Positions 1-9,258 of a stretch of 64,000 nt of DNA are shown piece after piece; within the stretch, counting starts at the first letter, position 1; each line of letters begins with the position of its first letter. The notes beneath the pieces were generated by a model that was given only the letters and a program-made list of their open reading frames with translations, was not told the origin of the DNA and made no database searches. The DNA is from an uncultured Verrucomicrobiales bacterium (GTDB lineage: Bacteria; Verrucomicrobiota; Verrucomicrobiia; Verrucomicrobiales; Akkermansiaceae). The DNA is taken from NCBI GenBank assembly GCA_937885815.1, contig CALABM010000065.1:30710-94709 (forward strand), written 5' to 3'. Both the position numbers and the translations under genes were made by a program.

Positions 1-185
1 CAAACCTATACAATGATGCCTCTATGCCGTTTTTCATGCGCCTGACCTTTGATGGCGTAGGACTGCACCAAGGGAGACTCCGTTCCCGGCCTTCCTCCCA
101 CGGTTGTATTCGTCTTGCTTGGAATGATGCAAGATATCTTTTTGAACGTTGCGATATCGGCACCGCTGTATTCGTAGAGAACTAA
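1..185 (+). CDS. L,D-transpeptidase (YkuD-type) C-terminal fragment; 5' end outside window
   Basis: Own translation of the frame starting at nt 3 gives ...FDGVGLHQGRLRSRPSSHGCIRLAWNDARYLFERCDIGTAVFVEN*. It carries the SHGCIRL catalytic-Cys signature. Not in the ORF track because there is no in-window start. Confidence 0.7.
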   Translation, partial: NLYNDASMPFFMRLTFDGVGLHQGRLRSRPSSHGCIRLAWNDARYLFERCDIGTAVFVEN

Positions 186-203
186 GCTCCTTAGTAAAGA
201 AGC

Positions 204-860
204 TTAAGACTCGTATGCGGTGGGGTCCGGGACACCGGCTGCACTGAAAGACTCTCGGCGTTCACGGCATGTGGCGCATTGGCCACAGTGCTTCTCACGT
301 CCGCAATAACAGGAATAGGTGTGGGAAAAGTCTACCCCGAGAGCGGCTCCAATAGCCGTGATTTCTTCTTTGCTATTCGCAATAAACGGACGTAAAATCT
401 GAAGATTTACATAGGTTCCCAGTGAAATAGCGGCAGCCATGGCAGCCATGAAATCTTCTCGGCAATCTGGATAAAGAGCATGATCTCCTCCGTGAGCTGC
501 TATGACTATACCTTCAGCCCCGTTGCTCTCAGCAATACCGGCTGCAATGGCAAGGAAAATGCCGTTACGGAAAGGCACAACAGTTTGTTTCAGGTTCTCC
601 TCGGCATAATCAGCTGAGGGAATCGCGTCCGCGCCGCTGAGAAGCGCACTCCGAAGATGTACGGAGATGCTGCGCAGATTAATTTCATGATAGGGCACCC
701 CGAGCTTCTCAGCCTGATAGCGGGCACACTCCAGCTCTCTGGCACCATGGTTGCTGCCGTAATCAAAAGAGAGGGCGCACACGACCTCATGGTGGTGGTG
801 CGCCCAATAAAGTGCGGTGGTAGAATCCAACCCGCCGGAGAGCAGAACTGCTACTTTCAT
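204..860 (-). CDS. queC: 7-cyano-7-deazaguanine synthase
   Basis: 218 aa. PP-loop SGGLDS near the N-terminus and a C-terminal Cys cluster (CYCGREKHCGQCATC). The ATG overlaps the queF stop (ATGA). Confidence 0.9.
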   Translation of the reverse strand: MKVAVLLSGGLDSTTALYWAHHHHEVVCALSFDYGSNHGARELECARYQAEKLGVPYHEINLRSISVHLRSALLSGADAIPSADYAEENLKQTVVPFRNGIFLAIAAGIAESNGAEGIVIAAHGGDHALYPDCREDFMAAMAAAISLGTYVNLQILRPFIANSKEEITAIGAALGVDFSHTYSCYCGREKHCGQCATCRERRESFSAAGVPDPTAYES

Positions 861-1270
861 GCGGGACGATTTTCCGGCTGATGCTCGGCGGTGCAGGTAA
901 GCTGAATGCCGCCGCGAGCTCCGAACTTGCCCTCCACCTTCATCCAGACCGGGTCTACAGCAGCTACGAGGTCATCCAGAATACGGTTTACCACCTGCTC
1001 ATTGAAGGCTGCGTAGTTGCGGAAGGAAACAAGATAGTACTTCAGACTCTTGGTTTCCACTACCTTTTCTGCGGGTATATAAGTAATGGTGAGCTCACAG
1101 CTATCCGGCTGCCCGGTTACAGGGCAAAGGGAAGAGAACTCATGCGTGGTGAGAGTCACCACGTAGGGGCGCTGCGGGCTACGGTTTGGGAAAGCCTCAA
1201 GCTTTGCCTCCTCCGGCGTGCGGAAGAACTCGCTGTGCTTACCAAGCAGGGAAAGATCTTTGTTATCCAT
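857..1270 (-). CDS. queF: NADPH-dependent 7-cyano-7-deazaguanine (preQ0) reductase, unimodular type
   Basis: 137 aa. Catalytic-Cys motif SLCPVTGQPD and ETKSLKYY motif. Confidence 0.9.
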   Translation of the reverse strand: MDNKDLSLLGKHSEFFRTPEEAKLEAFPNRSPQRPYVVTLTTHEFSSLCPVTGQPDSCELTITYIPAEKVVETKSLKYYLVSFRNYAAFNEQVVNRILDDLVAAVDPVWMKVEGKFGARGGIQLTCTAEHQPENRPA

Positions 1271-1276
1271 AATGTT

Positions 1277-2692
1277 TTATGCCTTGGTGAGTTTATAGCC
1301 ATCCTTGCCGTCCTTCATGGCCCAGCCAAGCTCGGCAAGCTTACCGCGGAGAGCATCTGCCGTGGCCCAATCTTTAGCCAAACGAGCGGCCCTGCGCTCA
1401 TCTGCTATTGCCTTGATATCCTCGGGCACTTCTATGTCTGCATCCGGATCCGGCAGCTGCAGACCAAGGGCCTCCATAATGAAACGGAATGCATTCCATA
1501 CCGCAGTGGCAGCAGCTGTATCCATTTCAGCGGGCTTGATGCTCTTCATGGCACTGAACACATGGCCAAGGGCCTCAGGCCCGTTCAAATCATCCTCAAG
1601 GCTATCCCATGCAGGCTGGAACGTACCAAGAGCAGGGGCCTTCTTGACGAGGTCACGATAGGTAGGCTCCTTAGCGCCGCTAGCCTTAGCAAGCTCCTTA
1701 TCGAAGCGGCCCAGCTTATTGAGAGCGCTGGTGGCATCCTTCATGCCTGAAAGCGTGAAGTTGAGCGGGCGGCGGTAGTATGCACCTGCCAGCACGTAGC
1801 GAAGAGCTGCCGGGGTGTACCCCATCTCCTGAAGCTGGTCCAAGGTGTACATGTTACCAAGGCTCTTGCTCATCTTGGCACCATCTACCAAAAGGTGAGT
1901 CACATGGAACCAGTGGCGAGCAAACTCACCACCACAGGCGCAGCGGCTCTGTGCAATCTCATTTTCGTGGTGGGGGAACACGAGGTCCACGCCACCGGAG
2001 TGCAAGTCAAAGGTGTCACCGAGGTATTTATGGCTCATGGCAGAGCACTCGAGGTGCCAGCCCGGGCGTCCCTCACCCCAAGGGGAGGGCCAGAAGTTCG
2101 GCCCGTCTTCCGGGCGTCGTGCTTTCCAGAGCACGAAGTCAGCCACGCTGTCCTTCTCATACTCATCCGTATCAGCGCGGGTGTTCGCGGTCTTGCCGAG
2201 ATCCAGTTCCTGACGATCAAGGTGAGCCAAGCGGCCATAATCGGAGTATGAGGAGATGCGGAAGTACACAGAGCCATCATCGCTTTGGTATGCATGATTG
2301 CCCTCCAAGAGCTTCTGAACAATATCAAGCTGCTCTTTGATGTGCCCCACAGCACTGGGTTCCACATGAGGGCTAAGGCAGTTCAACGCCTTGCAATCAT
2401 CATGGAACTTAGCCGTCCATTTGGCCGTATATTCACCCAGCGGCATTCCCTGAGCCTGAGAATTGCGGATTGTCTTGTCATCTACGTCCGTCAGGTTACG
2501 CACGTGCTTGGTGCGCAGGCCACCAAGCTCTACCACACGGCGAAATACATCCTGCACCACAAAGGTGCGGAAATTACCGATATGGGCTGCAGCGTACACG
2601 GTCGGACCGCAACAGTAGAAGCGCAGCTGCTTGCCGTCCTCTGCCTGCACGGGCTTCATCGCCCCCGACTGTGTATCATAAAGGTTTAACAT
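1277..2692 (-). CDS. cysS: cysteine--tRNA ligase
   Basis: 471 aa. Class-I aaRS HIGN (AAHIGNF) and KMSKS motifs. Confidence 0.95.
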   Translation of the reverse strand: MLNLYDTQSGAMKPVQAEDGKQLRFYCCGPTVYAAAHIGNFRTFVVQDVFRRVVELGGLRTKHVRNLTDVDDKTIRNSQAQGMPLGEYTAKWTAKFHDDCKALNCLSPHVEPSAVGHIKEQLDIVQKLLEGNHAYQSDDGSVYFRISSYSDYGRLAHLDRQELDLGKTANTRADTDEYEKDSVADFVLWKARRPEDGPNFWPSPWGEGRPGWHLECSAMSHKYLGDTFDLHSGGVDLVFPHHENEIAQSRCACGGEFARHWFHVTHLLVDGAKMSKSLGNMYTLDQLQEMGYTPAALRYVLAGAYYRRPLNFTLSGMKDATSALNKLGRFDKELAKASGAKEPTYRDLVKKAPALGTFQPAWDSLEDDLNGPEALGHVFSAMKSIKPAEMDTAAATAVWNAFRFIMEALGLQLPDPDADIEVPEDIKAIADERRAARLAKDWATADALRGKLAELGWAMKDGKDGYKLTKA

Positions 2693-2785
2693 AACGCGCT
2701 ATATTATGCTTGCATGTGCGTGTTATGTCAAGCCTACACGGCGTCAGTACCACGCAAATACTCTGTTTCATGCACTTCTTTATAC

Positions 2786-2814
2786 TTTACGAATAGATTA
2801 AAGTCTGCTATCAT
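2786..2814 (+). promoter_or_regulatory. sigma-70-like promoter TTTACG-17-TATCAT, 6 nt before ATG 2821
   Basis: Hexamers read by eye. The A of the ATG falls at the expected +1. Confidence 0.3.
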
Positions 2815-2820
2815 GCAGCC

Positions 2821-3921
2821 ATGCGGAGAGTACTAGCCTCATTTACAGCAATTCTGACATGCGGATGCTCTCATTCTTTATCTGAAAATCATCCTGCAAA
2901 TAACAATAATCAAGAGACAGTTGTTTTCAGTAGCCATGCGCCGGAAATACGAGATGAGGGTGCGATTATGGCATACGCACTTGGCTGCATTGCACAGGTA
3001 AGTCCAAGAATTGAGTTTCGATATACCGGAAGCGGTAACGCCTTTGAGCAGGCAAAGAAAGTGGCAGAACTCCTAATGAGGGAAGGTTCTGTTGTGTTTT
3101 TTTCTATATCAACAAGAGGAAACGAAGTACAGCTTACACCCATTTATGCCGATAATATTTTGATGCTGAAAGCGCATGAGGATCAGCACGTTCGCTCCAC
3201 ACTGAGCGCTGATCAGAAGCGAGCACTTACAATAGCTGAAAATCTCGTGCGTTCGGTATGTGCCCGTCATAGCTCTGATTACGATCGGGCGCTTGCTTTG
3301 CATGATTATTTAGTACAGAACAGCCAATATAAAATTGAACTTCATGGCAAAGATACAGCAAATGCCACGGCACACCTTTTGCTGGCAGGAAAAGGTGTAT
3401 GTGATTCCTACACGCGAACCTACGGCCTTCTTTTGAGTATGGCCGGTATTCAGAATATTTTTGTAGCAGGCAACTCCAAGAACGGGAAAAATCACTGCTG
3501 GAACCTAGTGTTGCTGAATAATCATTGGGTACATGTGGACTGTACGTATAGTGACCCGACGCCGGACATACCCGGCCGCATTCTTCATTCGCATTTCGCA
3601 TTACCGGATAAACTGATAGAACGCGACCACACTTGGAATCGTAGTCTCTATCCCGCGGCGGTCTCTCCTGAGCTGTATTATCCGTACCGTCATACCTCAT
3701 TCCGTACCATGTACGACCTTCTTGTATGGAGTAATCAAAAAAATGACGGAACCTATGTAACTGCCTACGTGGAAGAGTTGGCCTCGGTAGGAATGAATTC
3801 TGAAAGAGTGAATCATCTTATCGATAATGCTTACCGAAGACTGGGCTCAACCTCTCTTAAAACATACGCACTGGACGAACACTTACCCGGTATTATCATC
3901 TTCCAATGTGGAACCCCTTGA
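2821..3921 (+). CDS. transglutaminase-like cysteine peptidase domain protein, exported
   Basis: 366 aa. Transglutaminase-core contexts GKGVCDSY, NHCWNLV and HVDCTYSD. Hydrophobic N-terminus with Cys (ILTCGCS). The gene is clearly AT-richer than its neighbours. Confidence 0.7.
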   Translation: MRRVLASFTAILTCGCSHSLSENHPANNNNQETVVFSSHAPEIRDEGAIMAYALGCIAQVSPRIEFRYTGSGNAFEQAKKVAELLMREGSVVFFSISTRGNEVQLTPIYADNILMLKAHEDQHVRSTLSADQKRALTIAENLVRSVCARHSSDYDRALALHDYLVQNSQYKIELHGKDTANATAHLLLAGKGVCDSYTRTYGLLLSMAGIQNIFVAGNSKNGKNHCWNLVLLNNHWVHVDCTYSDPTPDIPGRILHSHFALPDKLIERDHTWNRSLYPAAVSPELYYPYRHTSFRTMYDLLVWSNQKNDGTYVTAYVEELASVGMNSERVNHLIDNAYRRLGSTSLKTYALDEHLPGIIIFQCGTP

Positions 3922-3983
3922 ACCTGCAATCTGAAGATTTTAGACTTGCAAAATAGAAAGTTTTATGGACAATAGGCGCCGTC

Positions 3984-6431
3984 ATGACTGAGCATTCTCC
4001 GGAAATACTCGCGCCTGCCGGCAATTGGGATTGTGTACGTGCCGCTGTGGCAAATGGGGCACATGCAGTTTATTTCGGGTTAGATCAGTTCAATGCCCGC
4101 ATGAGGGCAGACAATTTCACTAGGGATGACCTTCGTTCTTTAGTTCCCTTTCTTCATGAGTGCGGAGTAAGGGCCTATGTGACGATGAATGTTCTCATCT
4201 TCCCGGCAGAGATGCATGAAGCGCTCAGCTACGTGGATGCTCTGGATGAAGCCGGAGTAGACGGTGTAATCGTCCAAGACCTAGGGTTGGCTGCCCTTAT
4301 CAGCAAATATCGCCGCGAAGGGCGCTGGAAGATTGAGCTGCATATCTCCACTCAAATGACGGTAAGCAGTCCTGAAGCGGTGCGCTGGGTGGATGAAATG
4401 TTTGACCCGCAGCAGATTGTGCTCTCCCGAGAGCTGTCACTCAAGGAAATCGAGGCTTGTGCCAAGGCAACAAGTAAACCCATTGAGGTATTCTGCCACG
4501 GCGCGCTATGCGTGGCTTATTCCGGCCAGTGCCTTACCAGCGAGAGTCTTGGGCAGCGGAGTGCGAACCGTGGCGAATGTGCTCAGGCTTGCCGTATGCC
4601 GTACCGCCTGGAAGTGGACGGCCGCTTGCGTGACCTCGGCGAGCGCCGCTATATTTTCTCTCCCCAGGACCTCTGTGCTTTGGAGCGAGTCCCGGAGCTC
4701 CTTTCAGCGGGCGTTCGCAGTTTTAAGATAGAAGGCCGCTTGAAGAGCCCGGAATATGTGGCGGCTACCACGAGAGCATACCGCCGCGCATTGGACGCAG
4801 CGCTGGCTGGCCGCGCTGTGCCGCAGAATAAAAAGACTGCTGATTTATACGCCATGCAGATGTCCTTCTCGCGCGGCTTTTCATTTGGCTGGCTTGATGG
4901 CACAGACCATCCGCTGCTCACACACGGGCGTTTCGGCAAGAAGAGAGGCGCACTTGCCGGGAGAATCATACGAGCAGGTGAAGGTTGGGTGGAGCTGGAA
5001 GGTGTTCCTGCTATGCCCATAGCCCCCGGGGATGGGTTCGTGATAGACGCCGGTCAGGATAGAAATGAGGAGCAGGGCGGGCGTATATGGAAGGTGCAGG
5101 GCACACGCCTGTTCTTCCACGGTAAAGGCAGCCATATAGACTGGCGTTATGTTCGCCCGGGTAACCTGTTATGGAAAACGGCGGATCCTGCGCTGGATAA
5201 GTTCCTGCATGGCACATGGTGTAACTTTGCTCGGAAGGTAGAAGCTCCATCCATGCAGCTTTTTATTCATTTTACCGGGCGTATGGGTGGTGAATTGAGG
5301 GCTGAATGCAATGGCATAAGCGTGGGTAGTGGTCAGCCTCTAGAACCCGCTGAAAAACGCCCGTTGACACGTGAAGTTATCGAAGCTCAGTTCTCTCGCT
5401 TAGGTGGTACAGGGTACAGTCTTGGCGCTTGTACTTATGAGCTGGAGGAGGGACTGATGCTGCCGCTGAGTATTCTGAACCGTATGCGCCGCGAGCTGGT
5501 GGAGGCGCTTCCGGCGGCAAGCAATGAAAGCACCGTTCGCGCTCCTATGGCCTGGCCCGGTTGGCAGGGTGATTTTGCACCTATCAAAGCCACGGATAAA
5601 TATCGTTTGTCTGTCCTCTGCCGTGAAGCTGAACAGGCATATGCGGCAGCGGCAGTCGGAGTGAAGCGCATCTATCTTGATTTTAAGGATATGCGCCAAC
5701 TTGCTCCGGTAGCAGAAAAGATTCGTGCAGACTATCCCGGAACAGCCGTTTGGATTGCTACGCTGCGCATCATGAAGCCACGTGAAAACGGCTACTTTAA
5801 GTTCATTCATGCAGCTCAGCCGGATGGCGTTCTGGTGCGTAATCATGGTGCTGCGCTTCACTTCAAGGAAAAGGGTATCCCCATGGTGGCGGACTTCTCC
5901 CTGAATGCCGCTAATCCGGAAAGTGTAAAAGTTCTCCGTAAGTACGGCATGCGTAGCGTCACCGTTTCCTATGACCTGAACGCCCACCAGCTTGCAGACC
6001 TGTTGCGCAGCTGCTGCGGCCCGGAACTGGAGCTCACCCTGCATCAGCATATGCCCATGTTCCATACGGAGCACTGTGTCTACTGTACCTTCCTGTCACA
6101 AGGCCACAGCTTCAAAGATTGTGGACAGCCCTGTGAACACCACAGAGTGCGTGTAATGGACCGAACCTACGCTATGCACTACCTGCGCAGTGATGAAGGC
6201 TGCCGCAATACTCTCTTTAATGGTCAGGCTCAGTCAGCCGCTCGCTACGTGGCAGGTATGCGCCGCATGGGGCTCACGCGTTTCCGCCTAGAACTGTTGG
6301 AAGAAACGCCGGAACAGACCGAAGCGCTCATCTCTGCGTACAGACTCCTCATGCGTGATAAAATTACCCCGGAGCAACTGCTCGAACAAGTGGACGCTCT
6401 GGACAGAATCGGCGTAACAGAAACAAAATAA
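3984..6431 (+). CDS. peptidase U32 family protein (long, two-module form)
   Basis: 815 aa. U32 signature IEVFCHGALCVAYSGQC, followed by a long C-terminal extension with a second U32-like half. Confidence 0.8.
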   Translation: MTEHSPEILAPAGNWDCVRAAVANGAHAVYFGLDQFNARMRADNFTRDDLRSLVPFLHECGVRAYVTMNVLIFPAEMHEALSYVDALDEAGVDGVIVQDLGLAALISKYRREGRWKIELHISTQMTVSSPEAVRWVDEMFDPQQIVLSRELSLKEIEACAKATSKPIEVFCHGALCVAYSGQCLTSESLGQRSANRGECAQACRMPYRLEVDGRLRDLGERRYIFSPQDLCALERVPELLSAGVRSFKIEGRLKSPEYVAATTRAYRRALDAALAGRAVPQNKKTADLYAMQMSFSRGFSFGWLDGTDHPLLTHGRFGKKRGALAGRIIRAGEGWVELEGVPAMPIAPGDGFVIDAGQDRNEEQGGRIWKVQGTRLFFHGKGSHIDWRYVRPGNLLWKTADPALDKFLHGTWCNFARKVEAPSMQLFIHFTGRMGGELRAECNGISVGSGQPLEPAEKRPLTREVIEAQFSRLGGTGYSLGACTYELEEGLMLPLSILNRMRRELVEALPAASNESTVRAPMAWPGWQGDFAPIKATDKYRLSVLCREAEQAYAAAAVGVKRIYLDFKDMRQLAPVAEKIRADYPGTAVWIATLRIMKPRENGYFKFIHAAQPDGVLVRNHGAALHFKEKGIPMVADFSLNAANPESVKVLRKYGMRSVTVSYDLNAHQLADLLRSCCGPELELTLHQHMPMFHTEHCVYCTFLSQGHSFKDCGQPCEHHRVRVMDRTYAMHYLRSDEGCRNTLFNGQAQSAARYVAGMRRMGLTRFRLELLEETPEQTEALISAYRLLMRDKITPEQLLEQVDALDRIGVTETK

Positions 6432-6442
6432 ATCAGCACTGT

Positions 6443-7726
6443 ATGGAATTACCGGTTAAAAATCATAAGCGTGGGCTTTGGACTCTCAGCCCTCTGCTCG
6501 TATTTTTCCTTATCTACGTGATTACTTCCGTCGTAGCGGGAGATTTCTATAAGATGCCCGTCACTGTGGCTTTCATGGCCGCATCTGCGTGGGCCTTTGT
6601 TGTAAGCAAGCCCGCGCGCCTGGGCTTGCGAATAGAGCGCTTCTCTAAGGGCGCAGCGAATGCCAACATCATGATGATGGTCTGGATTTTCATTCTCGCC
6701 GGCGCCTTTGCCGGAGCCGCTAAATTCATTGGCTCTGTGGACTCAACTGTAAATTTGACCCTTTCTGTACTGCCGCCGAATATGATTCCTGCGGGTATTT
6801 TCATAGCCGCTTGCCTCATCTCTCTTTCCATCGGTACCTCAGTTGGGACGATTGTGGCGCTCATGCCGGTTGCTGCCGGTGTGGCCACCAGCAGTGGTCT
6901 TCCGCTGCCGCTCATGGCCGGCATTGTGGTAGGCGGCGCGTTCTTTGGTGATAACCTTTCCTTTATTTCGGACACCACTATCGCGGCAACCCGTACACAA
7001 GGGTGCCTCATGAGGGATAAGTTCCGTGCCAATTTCAGAATCGTCATTCCTGCAGCTCTGCTGGTTCTTGTCGTCTATATCATTCTTGGCTGGCAGTATG
7101 CCGCCCCGGTAGAGGTTGGCGCTATTGCATGGTCTCGCGTTATTCCTTATCTTCTTGTGCTGATTACGGCTCTTTGTGGTGTGAATGTGATGCTGGTACT
7201 GATTTTAGGCATTCTCTCCACCGGCCTTCTTTCCCTCTGCTCCAGCGAATTAAGCTTACTTGCATGGGCCGGTGCCATGGGCAAGGGTATGACGGATATG
7301 GGGGAACTCATTATCGTGACACTTTTGGCAGGCGGCATGCTTGAACTCATTCGCTATAACGGTGGCATTCAGTATGTTATCCGCATTCTCTCTTCTCGTG
7401 TCCGCACCAGACGTGGAGCTGAGCTTACCATTTCTACAGCGGTTGCCATCGCCAATCTCTGCACGGCGAATAATACTGTCGCCATCGTAACGGTAGGTGA
7501 CATATCCCGCCGAATATCGGAATGCTTCGGCATTCCCCCGCAGCGTGCTGCCAGCCTGCTGGACACGACCTCCTGTGTAATACAAGGGCTTATCCCTTAT
7601 GGAGCGCAGCTTCTGATGGGGGCATCTCTTGCCGCCATCAGTGCTCTTGATATCATTCCCTACCTCTATTATAATTTTGCGCTCGCTCTTTCTTGCCTGC
7701 TGTTCATTCTCTTTAAACGTGGCTAA
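6443..7726 (+). CDS. NhaC-family Na+/H+ antiporter-like membrane protein
   Basis: 427-aa polytopic membrane protein. Overall resemblance to the NhaC family. Starts 12 nt after the U32 stop. Confidence 0.65.
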   Translation: MELPVKNHKRGLWTLSPLLVFFLIYVITSVVAGDFYKMPVTVAFMAASAWAFVVSKPARLGLRIERFSKGAANANIMMMVWIFILAGAFAGAAKFIGSVDSTVNLTLSVLPPNMIPAGIFIAACLISLSIGTSVGTIVALMPVAAGVATSSGLPLPLMAGIVVGGAFFGDNLSFISDTTIAATRTQGCLMRDKFRANFRIVIPAALLVLVVYIILGWQYAAPVEVGAIAWSRVIPYLLVLITALCGVNVMLVLILGILSTGLLSLCSSELSLLAWAGAMGKGMTDMGELIIVTLLAGGMLELIRYNGGIQYVIRILSSRVRTRRGAELTISTAVAIANLCTANNTVAIVTVGDISRRISECFGIPPQRAASLLDTTSCVIQGLIPYGAQLLMGASLAAISALDIIPYLYYNFALALSCLLFILFKRG

Positions 7727-7749
7727 ACTGCGATATTCCAAGTAAAAAA

Positions 7750-7790
7750 GAGCCTCCGTCCGCATAAGTGCGAACGGAGGCTCTTTTTTT
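7750..7790. terminator. bidirectional rho-independent terminator
   Basis: Perfect 10-bp stem GAGCCTCCGT/ACGGAGGCTC with an inner CGCA/TGCG stem. Flanked by an A-run upstream and a T7 run downstream. Lies between convergent nhaC and the small His-rich ORF. Confidence 0.75.
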
Positions 7791-7798
7791 AGTTTATC

Positions 7799-7978
7799 TT
7801 ATCTATGGTGACCATGGCGTGGAGCATGGTAGTGCCCATGTCCGCCCGGATGGTACATACCGTGTCCCGGATTGCTGTAATGGGGATGTCCTACGCGGTG
7901 ATGGTGGTGGTAACAGCAGGAGCTCAGGCTCATAAGACCGGCTATGGCGATGAATGCGACGATGAGTTTCTTGTTCAT
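7799..7978 (-). CDS. small (59 aa) histidine-rich lipoprotein, not in ORF track
   Basis: Hand translation: MNKKLIVAFIAIAGLMSLSSCCYHHHHRVGHPHYSNPGHGMYHPGGHGHYHAPRHGHHR*. Signal peptide plus lipobox-like LSSC. 14 His in the 38-aa mature part. It has its own promoter-like elements and a terminator. Confidence 0.5.
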   Translation of the reverse strand: MNKKLIVAFIAIAGLMSLSSCCYHHHHRVGHPHYSNPGHGMYHPGGHGHYHAPRHGHHR

Positions 7979-8033
7979 GGTGTATTATTGTGTTTGTGTT
8001 AGTTTATAATAGAATGGTTAATAACTGATAATT

Positions 8034-8061
8034 ATTTAACATGCAAAACTGTCCACGTCAA
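8034..8061 (-). promoter_or_regulatory. sigma-70-like promoter TTGACG-16-TTAAAT for the His-rich ORF
   Basis: T-tracts (complement of the A7, A7 and A9 runs at 8064-8100) lie just upstream of the -35, like an UP element. An AT-rich imperfect inverted repeat GTTAATAA-N7-TTATTTAAC (8017-8040) overlaps the -10. Confidence 0.35.
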
Positions 8062-8091
8062 GCAAAAAAATCAAAAAAATGACTGTAAGTC

Positions 8092-8122
8092 AAAAAAAAA
8101 CGCCGGCCTTATACAGACCGGC
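8092..8122 (-). terminator. rho-independent terminator of the 8142-9194 gene
   Basis: Minus strand reads GCCGGUCU-GUAUA-AGGCCGGC followed by a U9 run. Confidence 0.65.
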
Positions 8123-8141
8123 ATGAGGAAAAGGATATTGC

Positions 8142-9194
8142 TTACTCCCGAGGGCGCTCTCTAAGAGGCACTGCGTGAAACGGCTGCGGCTTGGGGCCAT
8201 CATATCTGGGATTCATGGAAGCGATATGCTCATTACTAATCGTAAAAGTGAAGGTGCCGCCTTCAGCTGTTCCGTTAGCATCCAGAATATGGTCAAAAAC
8301 GCAGATAGGGGTATTCCCCTGGGTTTCAGGTGCCACGAAAATACCTATAGCCATAGAGGGACGACGCAGGCCTTCACGATTTTCAATTTTATAAGTGATG
8401 GTATTCACCCCACGCTTAAGACCACCGGAAATGACATCGGCGCGGCGTTCGTCATCGAATTCATGGAGAGATACACCGTTAATCGTCATTTCAATCACAC
8501 GGCCGGGGCAATCCACAAACACCTTGCCGATGAGAGCAGGGGATGAGCATGCAGGAGGGGTGGGAGGAATACGATCATACGGCTGGAAGCCATCCTGTTC
8601 TTTCAGCAGCTCTATATCACGTGCATGCAGGCGCTGCCGCACCTCGGGCAAGCGGCTAAGGTTGAAAAGGCGCGTCTGGTCTAACTTCCATCTTCCTCCT
8701 TCATACACAAATTCAAGCACGAAGGCATTTTCCTCAGCGCGGCCATCGCCCAGCTGAACACGCCCCACATAAGTGCAAGCCATCGTGTAGCCATTGCACC
8801 CCTGAAGACTCCCCACATAGGCGAAATTTTCCAGCTTAGGTGCCTCCTGCGCCTCACGGAAGAAATCGCGGGGGAAGGTGCCTCTCTGAGAAACGATGAG
8901 ATTACGCACCTTCATCTGTCTGGAATTGGAAGTTGTGGAACGCCATGCTTGTTCATTGCCACGAATAAGGCTAATTCTCCAGGTGTTATAAACGGTTTCC
9001 GCAGTACTGCGGGCACGAGCCTGATCCGGCACAATAAAGCGATTAGCGGATGGCGCAGATGATGGCTGCGCGGGCCCGGCCTGCTGAGCAGCGCGGCGGC
9101 GCATCTCAGCTTCGATGGCAGCCGGGGTTGCAGCCTGCACGGCATGACTTATCACAGCACCCGCGAGAACTAATGACGAAAAAAATGCTCTCAT
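8142..9194 (-). CDS. hypothetical exported protein
   Basis: The track start (9233) is TTG. The first ATG (9194) gives signal peptide MRAFFSSLVLAGAVISHAVQA. No catalytic motif recognised. Confidence 0.6.
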   Translation of the reverse strand: MRAFFSSLVLAGAVISHAVQAATPAAIEAEMRRRAAQQAGPAQPSSAPSANRFIVPDQARARSTAETVYNTWRISLIRGNEQAWRSTTSNSRQMKVRNLIVSQRGTFPRDFFREAQEAPKLENFAYVGSLQGCNGYTMACTYVGRVQLGDGRAEENAFVLEFVYEGGRWKLDQTRLFNLSRLPEVRQRLHARDIELLKEQDGFQPYDRIPPTPPACSSPALIGKVFVDCPGRVIEMTINGVSLHEFDDERRADVISGGLKRGVNTITYKIENREGLRRPSMAIGIFVAPETQGNTPICVFDHILDANGTAEGGTFTFTISNEHIASMNPRYDGPKPQPFHAVPLRERPRE

Positions 9195-9218
9195 AACTTC
9201 ATACAAACTACTACAGGC

Positions 9219-9247
9219 TTGCCTTTTTGGCAAGAAAATAGCATACT
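9219..9247 (+). promoter_or_regulatory. sigma-70-like promoter TTGCCT-17-CATACT, 11 nt before ATG 9259
   Basis: Read by eye. The -35 lies inside the palindrome CTTGCC-TTTTT-GGCAAG (9218-9234). Confidence 0.3.
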
Positions 9248-9258
9248 ATTGGTACGTT

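Noticed and set aside
740-755. Perfect sigma-54 -24/-12 match TGGCAC-N5-TTGCT (rpoN is present in the window)
   Set aside because: It lies inside queC, where it codes for GSNHGA on the other strand, and it points antisense with no downstream ORF. By rough estimate one such 10-base match in 128 kb of two-strand sequence is not very unlikely (order 0.1). I treat it as chance unless TSS data say otherwise.
857-2820. preQ1 riboswitch upstream of queF/queC
   Set aside because: cysS, queF and queC are packed with gaps of 6 nt and -4 nt, leaving no room for a leader. The cysS upstream spacer (2693-2820) shows no preQ1-like hairpin or ACCCC-type motif by eye.
7805-8002. 65-aa plus-strand ORF listed in the track (MVTMAWSMVVPMSARMV...)
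   Set aside because: It is the mirror frame of the minus-strand His-rich lipoprotein ORF. It has no signal or functional features. It runs from the terminator into the promoter-like AT-rich region, so the minus-strand reading explains the locus better.
9228-9245. Sigma-54-like TGGCAA-N5-TAGCA upstream of the hydrolase gene
   Set aside because: The GG-N10-GC spacing is correct, but the flanking bases deviate from consensus. The start codon would also lie only about 6 nt from the predicted TSS. A sigma-70 reading fits equally well.
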